A stretch of 64,000 nucleotides of DNA from Cytophagales bacterium (GCA_031425615.1 JANPJR010000030.1:146492-210491), one strand, 5' to 3'; positions 37,664-46,889 are shown, counted from the first letter of the stretch. Numbers and translations are program-made. The notes: generated from the sequence alone by a model not told the origin.

Positions 37664-39760
37664 ATGTCAACTTTTTGGGAAACCCGTATAGAATATTTGA
37701 AAGGTGTAGGCACGCAAAGGGCTGATTTATTGAATAAAGAACTAAAAATATTTGATTACAAAAATCTCATTCAATATTTCCCATTTCGCCACGAAGACCG
37801 CACCAAAATATACACGATTGCAGAACTCACACCTGATATGCCTTTTGTGCAACTCAAAGGTAAAGTTTTGCAAATAGAAACCATAGGCGAAGATGCCAAA
37901 AAACGCCTTGTAGGGCATTTTGTAGATATTGAAGGCAATACTATGCAACTGCTTTGGTTTCAAGGCGTAAGCTGGCAAATGAAAACATTAAAAGTTGAAA
38001 CCGAATATTTGGTTTTTGGTACGCCCCAATTTTTCAATGGGCGTTATTCCATTGTACATCCCGAATTAGAAATATTTGTATCTGCACAAGAACAAACAGG
38101 TTTTCTACAACCAATTTATAACCTTACCGAAAAATTAAAGAAAAAATTTATTACCAATAAGGTTATTGCAACCATCATGCGCAACCTTATCAATATCGCA
38201 TACAGCCAAGTAGATGAAAATTTACCTGAATGGATTATCCAAAAATACCGATTTATTTCACGCCAAAATGCCCTTTACCAAATACATTTTCCACAAAGCC
38301 CAGAATGGCTCAACCACGCCAAAAGACGACTAAAATTTGAAGAATTGTTTTTTATTCAATTAAGATTATTAAAACAAAATAAAACACAAAAAATCCAAAA
38401 TGCTGGGCTTGTATGTGAAAAATTGGATTTGATGACCGAATTTTACGAAAAACATCTTCCTTTTGCCCTCACAAATGCCCAAAAACGCGTCTGCAAAGAA
38501 GTGCATCAAGATATGACTTCGGGCAGGCAAATGAATAGACTTGTGCAAGGTGATGTAGGAAGTGGTAAAACAATGGTAGCGTTTATTTGTATGCTGATGG
38601 TTATCAGCAATGGCAGCCAGGCGTGTATGGTTGCCCCTACCGAAATTTTGGCAGAACAACATTACGAAGGATTAAAAGTATTTGCTGACCAACTTGGTAT
38701 CACGATTGACCTGCTTACAGGCTCTACACGCCAACGTGATAGACGTGTAATGAATGAAAGACTTATGAATGGTAACCTCAAAATCCTGATTGGCACACAC
38801 GCATTATTTGAGGACAAAGTGCAATTTGAAAACTTGGGGCTTTGTGTAATTGATGAACAACACCGTTTTGGGGTGCAACAACGTGCCAAACTTTGGCAAA
38901 AAAATCCTGTGCTTGCGCCACATATTCTTGTGATGACTGCTACACCTATTCCACGCACATTGGCTATGACGTTGTATGGCGACTTGGACGTGTCAGTGAT
39001 TGATGAAATGCCCGCAGGTCGTAAGCCTATTATTACCGCTCATCGTTACGAAAGTCATCGTTTGCGTGTTTTTGGGTTTATTAGGGAAGAATTGGAAAAA
39101 GGCAGGCAAGCCTATATCGTTTATCCCCTTATTGAAGAATCGGAAACGCTTTCTTACAAAAATATTACAGATGGGTATGAAGTAGTTACACGTGCATTCC
39201 CTGAATATCATGTGAGTATTGTGCATGGGCAAATGAGTAGTGTGGATAAGGATTTTGAAATGCAACGCTTTAAAAATATGGAAACACAAATTATGGTTGC
39301 AACTACTGTAATAGAAGTAGGCGTAAATGTGCCTAATGCGTCTGTTATGGTTATAGAAAATGCAGAAAAATTTGGGCTTTCACAACTTCATCAGTTACGT
39401 GGGCGTGTAGGGCGTGGAGCAGAGCAATCTTATTGTGTATTGATGACAGAAACCAAACTAAGTGCTGATGCACGTGTGCGATTGGAAACAATGGTGCGTA
39501 CAAACAATGGATTTGAGATAGCTGATGTGGATTTGAGCCTGAGAGGTCCTGGCGATATAGCAGGCACGCAACAGAGTGGTGTATTGGATTTGGTCATTGC
39601 AGATTTGGCAAAAGATGCTATTATTTTGCAAGAAGCACGCAAAACCGCAGAAGAAATCCTGAATAAAGATACATATTTGGAAAGCGAAGAGAATGCACCT
39701 ATCAAGCATTATATTACTTTTTATCAAAAACAAGCAAGTTTTTGGAGTAGGATTTCTTGA
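37664..39760 (+). CDS. recG: ATP-dependent DNA helicase RecG
   Basis: Wedge domain. Helicase motifs I (GDVGSGKT), II (DEQHRFG) and VI (QLHQLRGRVGRG). Start placed at ATG MSTFWE. Confidence 0.94.
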   Translation: MSTFWETRIEYLKGVGTQRADLLNKELKIFDYKNLIQYFPFRHEDRTKIYTIAELTPDMPFVQLKGKVLQIETIGEDAKKRLVGHFVDIEGNTMQLLWFQGVSWQMKTLKVETEYLVFGTPQFFNGRYSIVHPELEIFVSAQEQTGFLQPIYNLTEKLKKKFITNKVIATIMRNLINIAYSQVDENLPEWIIQKYRFISRQNALYQIHFPQSPEWLNHAKRRLKFEELFFIQLRLLKQNKTQKIQNAGLVCEKLDLMTEFYEKHLPFALTNAQKRVCKEVHQDMTSGRQMNRLVQGDVGSGKTMVAFICMLMVISNGSQACMVAPTEILAEQHYEGLKVFADQLGITIDLLTGSTRQRDRRVMNERLMNGNLKILIGTHALFEDKVQFENLGLCVIDEQHRFGVQQRAKLWQKNPVLAPHILVMTATPIPRTLAMTLYGDLDVSVIDEMPAGRKPIITAHRYESHRLRVFGFIREELEKGRQAYIVYPLIEESETLSYKNITDGYEVVTRAFPEYHVSIVHGQMSSVDKDFEMQRFKNMETQIMVATTVIEVGVNVPNASVMVIENAEKFGLSQLHQLRGRVGRGAEQSYCVLMTETKLSADARVRLETMVRTNNGFEIADVDLSLRGPGDIAGTQQSGVLDLVIADLAKDAIILQEARKTAEEILNKDTYLESEENAPIKHYITFYQKQASFWSRIS

Positions 39761-39775
39761 TTTGAGCCCACCAAG

Positions 39776-39798
39776 TAGCCCCCTACCCCCCAAAGGGG
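39776..39798 (+). repeat. REP-like element (TAGCCCCCTACCCCCCAAAGGGG). Probable recG terminator.
   Basis: 16 bp after the recG stop. Confidence 0.6.
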
Positions 39799-39811
39799 AA
39801 CTAAAGGCATT

Positions 39812-39848
39812 AAACTGAAAAAACTGACTACTGAATTGACTAAAAACT
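39812..39848 (+). repeat. ACTGAAAAAACTGACTACTGAATTGACT motif array
   Basis: Abuts the stop of exbB/tolQ (-). Confidence 0.5.
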
Positions 39849-40488
39849 ATTTTGTTTCTTGCAACAAATCCATAAAATCCATTACTGTATATTCCATATT
39901 ATAAATGACTTTTTGCACCCTTGTAACCAAATAATTATACGCCAAATTGACCAAAATACCAATGATTAAGCCTGCAACAGTTGTAATTAACGCAGTATAA
40001 ATCCCGCTTGAAAGGATTTGTGGGTCTACTGCACCTTTCAACCTGGCAATTGTCATAAAAGCATCAACCATACCAATCACTGTGCCCAAAAAACCCACCA
40101 TAGGCGATGCTCCACCTATTGTGGCAAGCATAGCAAGGTTTCTTTCGAGGCGGTATACTTCTATTTTGCCCACATATTCTATGGAAGTTTCTATATTTTT
40201 GAGCGGACTGCCTATGCGTGTAAGCCCTTTGGCAACCATGCGAGCAATGGGCGAATTTTCTTGTTCGCACACAAGTTTTGCACCTTGTAGGTCTTCCGCC
40301 AATACCAATTTTTTGACTGTTTCCATCAAATCATCAGGATTGCGGGTTGCCAATCCTATGACATATACCCTTTCCAAAAATATGTACAAACCCACTACAA
40401 ATAGCAAAGCAAGCGGTATCATGGTAACACCGCCTTTGCTGGCAAGTTCTAAAATAGAAATGGTATTTTCAGTTTGTAAGAAAATCAT
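39847..40488 (-). CDS. MotA/TolQ/ExbB proton-channel family protein (no adjacent ExbD/TolR/TonB)
   Basis: Three TM helices with the conserved ...LATIGGASPMVGFLGTVIGMV... segment. Confidence 0.82.
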   Translation of the reverse strand: MIFLQTENTISILELASKGGVTMIPLALLFVVGLYIFLERVYVIGLATRNPDDLMETVKKLVLAEDLQGAKLVCEQENSPIARMVAKGLTRIGSPLKNIETSIEYVGKIEVYRLERNLAMLATIGGASPMVGFLGTVIGMVDAFMTIARLKGAVDPQILSSGIYTALITTVAGLIIGILVNLAYNYLVTRVQKVIYNMEYTVMDFMDLLQETK

Positions 40489-40537
40489 TTTTTTATAAGC
40501 CCTCTATCCCCAAATAAGGAATAAACAAATTTAATTT

Positions 40538-40960
40538 TTAATTTTTGTTTTTAAATGTAAAACCTTTTGGGGCTTTTGGTTCTTCAAAATCGTATCCATT
40601 AAAATATAATGTAACAACTTTTTTACTATTTTTATATGTGATTTTCCACACATCAAGCAGACCTTTGCCCATAAAAGCGGTTGGGCTATTGGTATCAAAA
40701 GAGCAACAACTGCCTTCCCTTTTTGTGGTAAATTCTTCGCCTTTGGCATCAACCAACGCACCCAAAAAAACATATTGATTTCGCACAGTGCCTACTTTTA
40801 TAGGATTTTTTTCGTCAAAACCATATTTTTTGCTTTTAGATTTGTCTTTCAATTTCATAGGTGGATTTTCTTGGCTAAACGCAACATTTTGCATAGCAAA
40901 AAACAACGCACAAAATAAAAAAATGAAAGTAGAAATTGGTTTTTTTAATGTATTGTTCAT
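40538..40960 (-). CDS. Hypothetical secreted protein
   Basis: Signal peptide. 140 aa. No motif. Confidence 0.5.
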   Translation of the reverse strand: MNNTLKKPISTFIFLFCALFFAMQNVAFSQENPPMKLKDKSKSKKYGFDEKNPIKVGTVRNQYVFLGALVDAKGEEFTTKREGSCCSFDTNSPTAFMGKGLLDVWKITYKNSKKVVTLYFNGYDFEEPKAPKGFTFKNKN

Positions 40961-41040
40961 AAATTTAAAAAAATGAATTAAAATTAAAATAAATGTTGTT
41001 ATTACGTATTTTGATGAACGTTTATGGTATTAGAGATTTT

Positions 41041-42069
41041 TTATTCTTTATCCTCTGTTTCCTCTTTGGGGGTTAAGGGGCTTTCTTTGGGGTTTAGAGG
41101 GCGGTCTTTAATAAGTTGTTCAAAAGAGTCCAAATACTGCCTAAGTTCTGCAATAGCATCAAGGCTTTGTTCTTCTAAAGAAGTACGCAAGCAATTTTTG
41201 ATACTTTTGGCAAGACCTTTTAACTGTTTTTCGTTGGGAATAAATGGCGTTTGGAGAATGGTTTTTTCGTTTTTTCGTTCATTTCTTTCAAGCATGGTCA
41301 TATCAAAACGTTGTTCTCTGCGAATAACCTCCTCAACTTCTTTAATTCTTTTGCCCAATTCGCCCATATCTTTGATATAATCTTTTCTGCCTTCATCTTC
41401 CAACCAATCTATGATTTTAGTGCGTGAAATAGGCAATTCGCCTTGTAGAATATGCCAGCGAAATGTCTCATCTTCGCCTGTAAGTTTATTAAGCCCTAAG
41501 AAATATTTTTCATCTCGTTGAATTGTTTTTACAGATACTTTGTGCATTGTAGCAAGATATTCAAGTGGTGTAAGTTTCTTTTCTTTTGGATTTTCGGTAT
41601 TATTTGTATTATGTTGATTGGTGCCTACTTGATTTTTTTCTCTTGCATATTGCATACCTCTGAGGTAAGATTTTGTTTCTTCTGTAATATTTCTTTTGCC
41701 AAATTGATTGCTCAACATCCAATCTTTTGCTTGGTTGATATTACCAAATTGCAAAATTACAAAATTAAAATCAAGTTCATGTTTGGTACAAATACCAAAA
41801 CGATTATGTCCATCAATTAATACATAATTATCACCTTCTTGCCAAAGCACAAGAGGGTCTCTACAACCTTCTTTTAAAATATTTTCCTCTAATTTTTCAT
41901 GTTCAATATGTGTAAGTGGCGGTATAAGGCTACGCAATTCTTCATTAATTTGTATATGTTTTTTGATATATTCATGAGATGCTTGGGCTTGTTTTTGCAA
42001 TTCTGCTTTTTGCCTTTCGCCTACGCTTATCAAACCACTCAAATTGGTAAAGGTGTCTTTTTTTCCCAT
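41041..42069 (-). CDS. ParB/Sulfiredoxin-superfamily N-terminal domain protein (ParB-like nuclease domain plus an uncharacterised helical C-domain)
   Basis: ...DPLVLWQEGDNYVLIDGHNRF... matches the ParB N-domain/Srx core. The C-terminal ~20 aa (PLNPKESPLTPKEETEDKE) are encoded by two tandem REP-like elements. Confidence 0.65.
   Translation of the reverse strand: MGKKDTFTNLSGLISVGERQKAELQKQAQASHEYIKKHIQINEELRSLIPPLTHIEHEKLEENILKEGCRDPLVLWQEGDNYVLIDGHNRFGICTKHELDFNFVILQFGNINQAKDWMLSNQFGKRNITEETKSYLRGMQYAREKNQVGTNQHNTNNTENPKEKKLTPLEYLATMHKVSVKTIQRDEKYFLGLNKLTGEDETFRWHILQGELPISRTKIIDWLEDEGRKDYIKDMGELGKRIKEVEEVIRREQRFDMTMLERNERKNEKTILQTPFIPNEKQLKGLAKSIKNCLRTSLEEQSLDAIAELRQYLDSFEQLIKDRPLNPKESPLTPKEETEDKE
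41061..41104 (-). repeat. Two tandem REP-like elements inside the 3' end of the ParB-like CDS (CCTCTTTGGGGGTTAAGGGGCTT plus TCTTTGGGGTTTAGAGGGCGG)
   Basis: Seen directly. Family consensus in inverted orientation. Confidence 0.6.
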
Positions 42070-42094
42070 AAAAAATTAATTAAAAGGTAGAAAT

Positions 42095-42127
42095 GGTAAA
42101 TTATGGATTAGAGATTATAGATTAAAA
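42095..42127 (+). repeat. ATTATGGATTAGAGATTATAGATT motif array upstream of the ParB-like gene start
   Basis: ggtaaattatggattagagattatagattaaaa. Confidence 0.55.
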
Positions 42128-42438
42128 CAGTAAAAAACGATTTTACATTTTTTTTACAAAAGCCTAAAATATATATTTCCATAATAAAAGACTTTTAAAA
42201 ATCTTTTATTATGGAAAAGATAAATTACCTTTATATAAAATTAAAGATAAAGTTAAAAAAAATAACAAATTATTTTAAATTTTAAATAAATTATTATATT
42301 TTTTTTACAAAAATACAAAAAAATAAAGAAAATAAAAAAAAATAGCAAAAAATAAAATTTATAAAATGCTTAATCGCTAATTTTCCATTCCTAATGAATA
42401 AAAATAAATTGGGCAAGCAAGAAAAGTGTCAGACAATC

Positions 42439-43641
42439 TTAATTTTTTGCCCCAATACTGCTGCCTGCATCAGCCAATTTATCACTCAAATTACGTAGAG
42501 CAGTTACCGCATCTAATATTTTTTGTGAATTGTTGAGAATAGCTTGGTCAAAAGGTGCTGGAATAAGATTTATTTTTGCTTCTGCGTCATTGAAAGCATT
42601 TACAACTGCATCATGTTTAGATTTGTTGGTATTTTCTGCAATTTGGGCAATGCTTGTGCCTGTGATATTTGTGCCATCAACTTTTTTGTATGTACCAAAA
42701 TACACATTTTTGATGCCCAAAAAATTCATTTTGATATCATCATTGGTATTATCGCTAAAACAAGAATGTTCATTTTCTTGGTCTTGTGTATCTACTGCTA
42801 CAAACATTCTTTCACCTGCCAATTCACCTTTTGAAAGTGTGCCTATGCCTGTAAAAATTTTACCCAAAGTGTTATTTATCTCGCTATTATTTACAAAATT
42901 TTCGCTATAAGTTGCCCCTTTTTTCCAACCATTGCTCACTTCTGCAAGGTGTTCTACAAGCAAATCGGTTGCTACTTTTAGATAAGTGCGTCTGCGAGAT
43001 TGGTTTTGGGCTGTGCCACCATTCACAAAATCTGTAAAAGGACGTGTCCCAGCAGAAGTCGTACTCAAATCTTGTCCCCAAAGCAAAAATTCAACTGCAT
43101 GATAACCCGTAGAAATAGACGTTTCAGATATGCTTTCATTTGCTTGCAAAATTACCTCTTTACTAATTGTTGGAAATCCACTTACATCATTGATAATACC
43201 CACATTTGCATTGCCTTGCACATAATCTATAAAATTTTCATCAATAGGCCACGCATTGATATAGCCTTCTACACCATCTACGCCATCAATCACACCACCA
43301 TAAAACCTAAACGCTTCACTCTGAGAATAAGGCGAGCGAGCAGATTTCCAAGCATTTTTGCAATTTTCCAAACCTTGTGCAGTAGGATTATTCACAAAAT
43401 CATTTACTTTTTGTTGCAACGATACCGCAGTATTGTAGGCATCTTCATAATTTGCCAAAACAATATTTGCATAATTTTCAATGCTTTGTTTTTTGAGGTC
43501 ATCAATAGATGGCGAATTATCTTTATTTTTACAAGATGTTAAAAAAAAAGACCCTAAAAAAAATAAAGCAAAGATGAGTACAATAGTATATTTGTATAAT
43601 AAATGGGAAAAAAAATGTGGCATAGAAATAGTTGTTTTCAT
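42439..43641 (-). CDS. Imelysin-family lipoprotein (iron-regulated protein A-like)
   Basis: Lipobox. TGYHAVEFLLWGQDL is the conserved imelysin GxHxxE motif. Confidence 0.82.
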   Translation of the reverse strand: MKTTISMPHFFSHLLYKYTIVLIFALFFLGSFFLTSCKNKDNSPSIDDLKKQSIENYANIVLANYEDAYNTAVSLQQKVNDFVNNPTAQGLENCKNAWKSARSPYSQSEAFRFYGGVIDGVDGVEGYINAWPIDENFIDYVQGNANVGIINDVSGFPTISKEVILQANESISETSISTGYHAVEFLLWGQDLSTTSAGTRPFTDFVNGGTAQNQSRRRTYLKVATDLLVEHLAEVSNGWKKGATYSENFVNNSEINNTLGKIFTGIGTLSKGELAGERMFVAVDTQDQENEHSCFSDNTNDDIKMNFLGIKNVYFGTYKKVDGTNITGTSIAQIAENTNKSKHDAVVNAFNDAEAKINLIPAPFDQAILNNSQKILDAVTALRNLSDKLADAGSSIGAKN

Positions 43642-43847
43642 AAATTCTTTGTGTTTATTTAGACTAATTAAAAATAATTTTTCGCAAAACTAAATATTAA
43701 AAATTAAAAACCAAATTTTATGATGATATTTGATGTTATTTATTTAGAATGGTTAAAAATAATAAACAACGCTTTTCAATAAAAAAATTAATTAATATTA
43801 ATATGTTGAAACAACTTTTTATCATACTGACTTTTTTCTTTGTCATA

Positions 43848-44402
43848 TTACCCCCAACTGTAAATGGGCAAATACGCATTTTTAATATCATAAAGTCCAT
43901 AAGCATTGGTTTTTTTTGTCATAATTGGTTGAGGAGTCAGTTTTGAACTTTCATAGTTCCACGAAATTTCATTGATGTCTTCTTTGGGTGGGCTTTTATA
44001 TTTATTTCCGCCCAATGCTGCAAAAAACCATTCTCTGTATGTTGGAAGTCTATATTTTTTTTTTGCAAGTTGATTGAGTTTTGGTAAAAACTTCTCTGTG
44101 ATGTCATTATAACTTACAGACTCTACTGGGCATTGTGGGCAATTTTGGTATTGTGAAGGGTTTTCATTTGTCAAAGCATACCAAAGTTCTTGAGTAACTT
44201 CGCCTTGTGCCACATAATAATTACATTTAGGAATTTTTATCATTTTAAAATTTATTCCTTTTATATTTTCTATAAATGAAGAATCACTTTGGTTTATTTC
44301 TTGTGCTGTTATTTGATAAGCAAATAAAAAAAAACAAGTAACAAAATAAAATTTGGTTGATTTCATTTTTAAATTTATTTTAAAATTGTAGATATTTAGC
44401 AA
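43848..44402 (-). CDS. Small secreted FGE-sulfatase (SUMF1/EgtB/GldJ-type) domain protein
   Basis: Signal peptide. ...YRLPTYREWFFAALGG... matches the FGE-domain RLPTEAEWEYAARGG motif. Only 184 aa. Confidence 0.65.
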   Translation of the reverse strand: MLNIYNFKINLKMKSTKFYFVTCFFLFAYQITAQEINQSDSSFIENIKGINFKMIKIPKCNYYVAQGEVTQELWYALTNENPSQYQNCPQCPVESVSYNDITEKFLPKLNQLAKKKYRLPTYREWFFAALGGNKYKSPPKEDINEISWNYESSKLTPQPIMTKKTNAYGLYDIKNAYLPIYSWG

Positions 44403-44447
44403 AAAATAATTTGTATTAAAATTTTAAATTAAAAATTCCTCAACTTT

Positions 44448-45236
44448 TCAATAAAAAAAATCTGTTTGAATTTCATATTTATCATAAAATTGTGACAAGA
44501 GATTTTTAAAATTTTTGGGAATAGCGTGTTTGCCTATAAAAAACGAATCGTATGGGATTTCCTTATAAAATGCTTCTGCGATACCTCCTGCGATACACGC
44601 TTGCGTATCAGCATCCCCCCCCAACGAAATAGCCAATCGCACACTGCTGAGCCAATCTTTACTATCTAAAAACGCAATAATTGCCTCTGGCACAGATGTT
44701 TGACAATGCGCACTAAACGTATAATTTGGGCGAATTTCCTCAATCGTTCTATACATATCATACCCAAAAGCTGTTCTAAGATATTCTCTTATTTCTGCTT
44801 TGGATTTGCCTTTTCGTGCCAAAAAAACGGTTGATGCCACAGCTTCAGCACCTTTTATACCTTCTGGGTGATTGTGGGTTACTTCTGCACTTGCTTTAGC
44901 CTCTGCAAGCACTTCATAAAGGGTTTCAAAAGCATACCCAATCGCCAACACACGCATGGCAGAGCCATTGCCAAAACTATTGTAAGGCGATAAATCATGG
45001 CTATCAATCCAAGCCCTAAAACCTCTACCATAACCCCTATTGGGATAATTTTGCCCATATAGTTTGTAGGTTTCAGCATAAGGCAAGCCATTCAACAATA
45101 CATCAATCGTAGCCATATTCATGACTGTATCATCTGTAAATGTTGATGTTTTTTCAAAAAGTGGAAAATACATGGTTTTTTTGCCTGCATTTTCATAAAT
45201 AGAACCTATTACATCACCCAAAATACCACCCCACAT
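44448..45236 (-). CDS. ADP-ribosylglycohydrolase-family protein
   Basis: GDVIGSIYE...TDDTVM...SLGGDADTQACIAGGIAEA are the ARH binuclear-metal motifs. Confidence 0.85.
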   Translation of the reverse strand: MWGGILGDVIGSIYENAGKKTMYFPLFEKTSTFTDDTVMNMATIDVLLNGLPYAETYKLYGQNYPNRGYGRGFRAWIDSHDLSPYNSFGNGSAMRVLAIGYAFETLYEVLAEAKASAEVTHNHPEGIKGAEAVASTVFLARKGKSKAEIREYLRTAFGYDMYRTIEEIRPNYTFSAHCQTSVPEAIIAFLDSKDWLSSVRLAISLGGDADTQACIAGGIAEAFYKEIPYDSFFIGKHAIPKNFKNLLSQFYDKYEIQTDFFY

Positions 45237-45265
45237 AAATTTTAATTAGGAATTTGAAAATTAAA

Positions 45266-45286
45266 GTCCCCTAACCCCCAAAGGGA
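45266..45286 (+). repeat. REP-like element (AGTCCCCTAACCCCCAAAGGG)
   Basis: Between the gpmI stop and the ARH start. Confidence 0.55.
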
Positions 45287-45338
45287 ACTTGAACATGGTT
45301 TTTTTAATGATTGGGGGAGAATAAAAAACTATAATTGC

Positions 45339-45375
45339 CCTTGAACCTTTTAAACCTTAAACCTTTTGAACTAAA
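45339..45375 (+). repeat. TTGAACCTT-family tandem array overlapping the gpmI C-terminus
   Basis: ccttgaaccttttaaaccttaaaccttttgaactaaaat. Its reverse complement encodes ...LVQKV* of gpmI. Confidence 0.75.
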
Positions 45376-46889
45376 ATATTTCCTGTCATCATTTTAGGAA
45401 TTTCTATGCCCATAAGTGTTAAAATAGTAGGTGCAAGGTCGCCAAGTTTGCCACTTTTGAGTGTATAATTTTTATGGTCAGAAACCAAAATAAAAGGCAC
45501 AAGATTGGTGGTGTGGGCAGTATGAGGCGAGCCATCTGGGTTCATCATAATATCCGAATTACCATGGTCAGCTATCACAATAGATGTGTAACCGTTTGCT
45601 AAGGCAGTATTTACCACTTCTTGCGTACAAAAATCAACCGTTTCGCAGGCTTTAACTGCTGCTGCAAATACGCCTGTATGTCCCACCATGTCTGCATTAG
45701 CAAAATTAAGACAAACAAAATCCACTTCTTTTTTTTGCAATTCGGGAACAATAGCATTTTTGATGTCTAATGCACTCATTTCGGGTTGTAGATCGTATGT
45801 AGCAACTTTTGGCGAAGGGCACAAAAGCCTACTTTCGCCCTCAAAAGGCAATTCTCTGCCTCCTGAAAAGAAAAATGTAACGTGTGGATATTTTTCTGTT
45901 TCTGCTATTCTGATTTGTTTTTTGCCTGCTTTTGCCAATACATCTCCAAGTGTATTTTCCAAATTATCTTTTTCAAAAAGCACTTTTACATTTGTAAATT
46001 TCTCATCATAAATCGTCATTGTGAGATAATGTAAAGGTAGTTTTTGCATATTAAATTCTGCAAAATCTTCTTGTGTGAGTGCTTGCGTGAGTTGGCGACC
46101 TCTGTCATTTCTAAAATTAAAAAACAATACCACATCATCATTTTGAATCGTAGCAAGCGGTTTGCCCAAATTGTCTACTGCCAAAATTGGTTTAATAAAT
46201 TCATCTGTGATACCTTCTGCATAGGCATTTTTCAAACTTTCTATGATATTTTGTGTGGGCATTCCTACACCTTTCACGAGCAAATCATACGCCAATTTTA
46301 CCCTTTCCCAACGTTTATCCCTGTCCATCGCATAATAACGCCCAATCACCGAAGCGATTTTTGTGCCTGTGTGTTGGATATGTGTTTGTACATCTATCAG
46401 ATATTGCACACCACCATTGGGCGAAGTATCACGCCCATCAGTAAACGCATGGATAAAAGTTTGGTTGTCCAAACCTTCATTTTTAACAATATCACAAAGC
46501 CCTTTCAGGTGTTCAATATGTGAATGTACGCCTCCATCAGATACCAAACCAATAAAATGGATTTTTTTATGGTTATTTTTGGCATACGCCAATGCTTCTT
46601 TTAGATGTGGATTTTGGGCTAATTCATCTGTTTTTACTGCTTGATTGATGCGTACCAAATCTTGATATACTACTCTGCCTGCACCTATGTTGGTATGCCC
46701 CACTTCCGAATTGCCCATTTGACCTTCGGGCAATCCTACTGCAAGCCCTGATGCTTCTAAAGTACTGTGTGGATAGTTTTTGAAAAGACTATCCATAAAA
46801 GGCGTTTCGGCGTGTGCTATGGCAGATACTTTGTCGTCTGTACCCAAACCCCAGCCATCTAAAATCAAGAGAATTACTTTTTGTTGCAT
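45357..46889 (-). CDS. gpmI: 2,3-bisphosphoglycerate-independent phosphoglycerate mutase
   Basis: MQQKVILLILDGWG...SEVGHTNIGAGR...ADHGN are canonical iPGM motifs. Confidence 0.95.
   Translation of the reverse strand: MQQKVILLILDGWGLGTDDKVSAIAHAETPFMDSLFKNYPHSTLEASGLAVGLPEGQMGNSEVGHTNIGAGRVVYQDLVRINQAVKTDELAQNPHLKEALAYAKNNHKKIHFIGLVSDGGVHSHIEHLKGLCDIVKNEGLDNQTFIHAFTDGRDTSPNGGVQYLIDVQTHIQHTGTKIASVIGRYYAMDRDKRWERVKLAYDLLVKGVGMPTQNIIESLKNAYAEGITDEFIKPILAVDNLGKPLATIQNDDVVLFFNFRNDRGRQLTQALTQEDFAEFNMQKLPLHYLTMTIYDEKFTNVKVLFEKDNLENTLGDVLAKAGKKQIRIAETEKYPHVTFFFSGGRELPFEGESRLLCPSPKVATYDLQPEMSALDIKNAIVPELQKKEVDFVCLNFANADMVGHTGVFAAAVKACETVDFCTQEVVNTALANGYTSIVIADHGNSDIMMNPDGSPHTAHTTNLVPFILVSDHKNYTLKSGKLGDLAPTILTLMGIEIPKMMTGNILVQKV

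Noticed and set aside
40018-40498. ORFs 40018-40290, 40064-40270 and 40082-40498
   Set aside because: They are antisense to or overlap the well-supported MotA/TolQ/ExbB gene.
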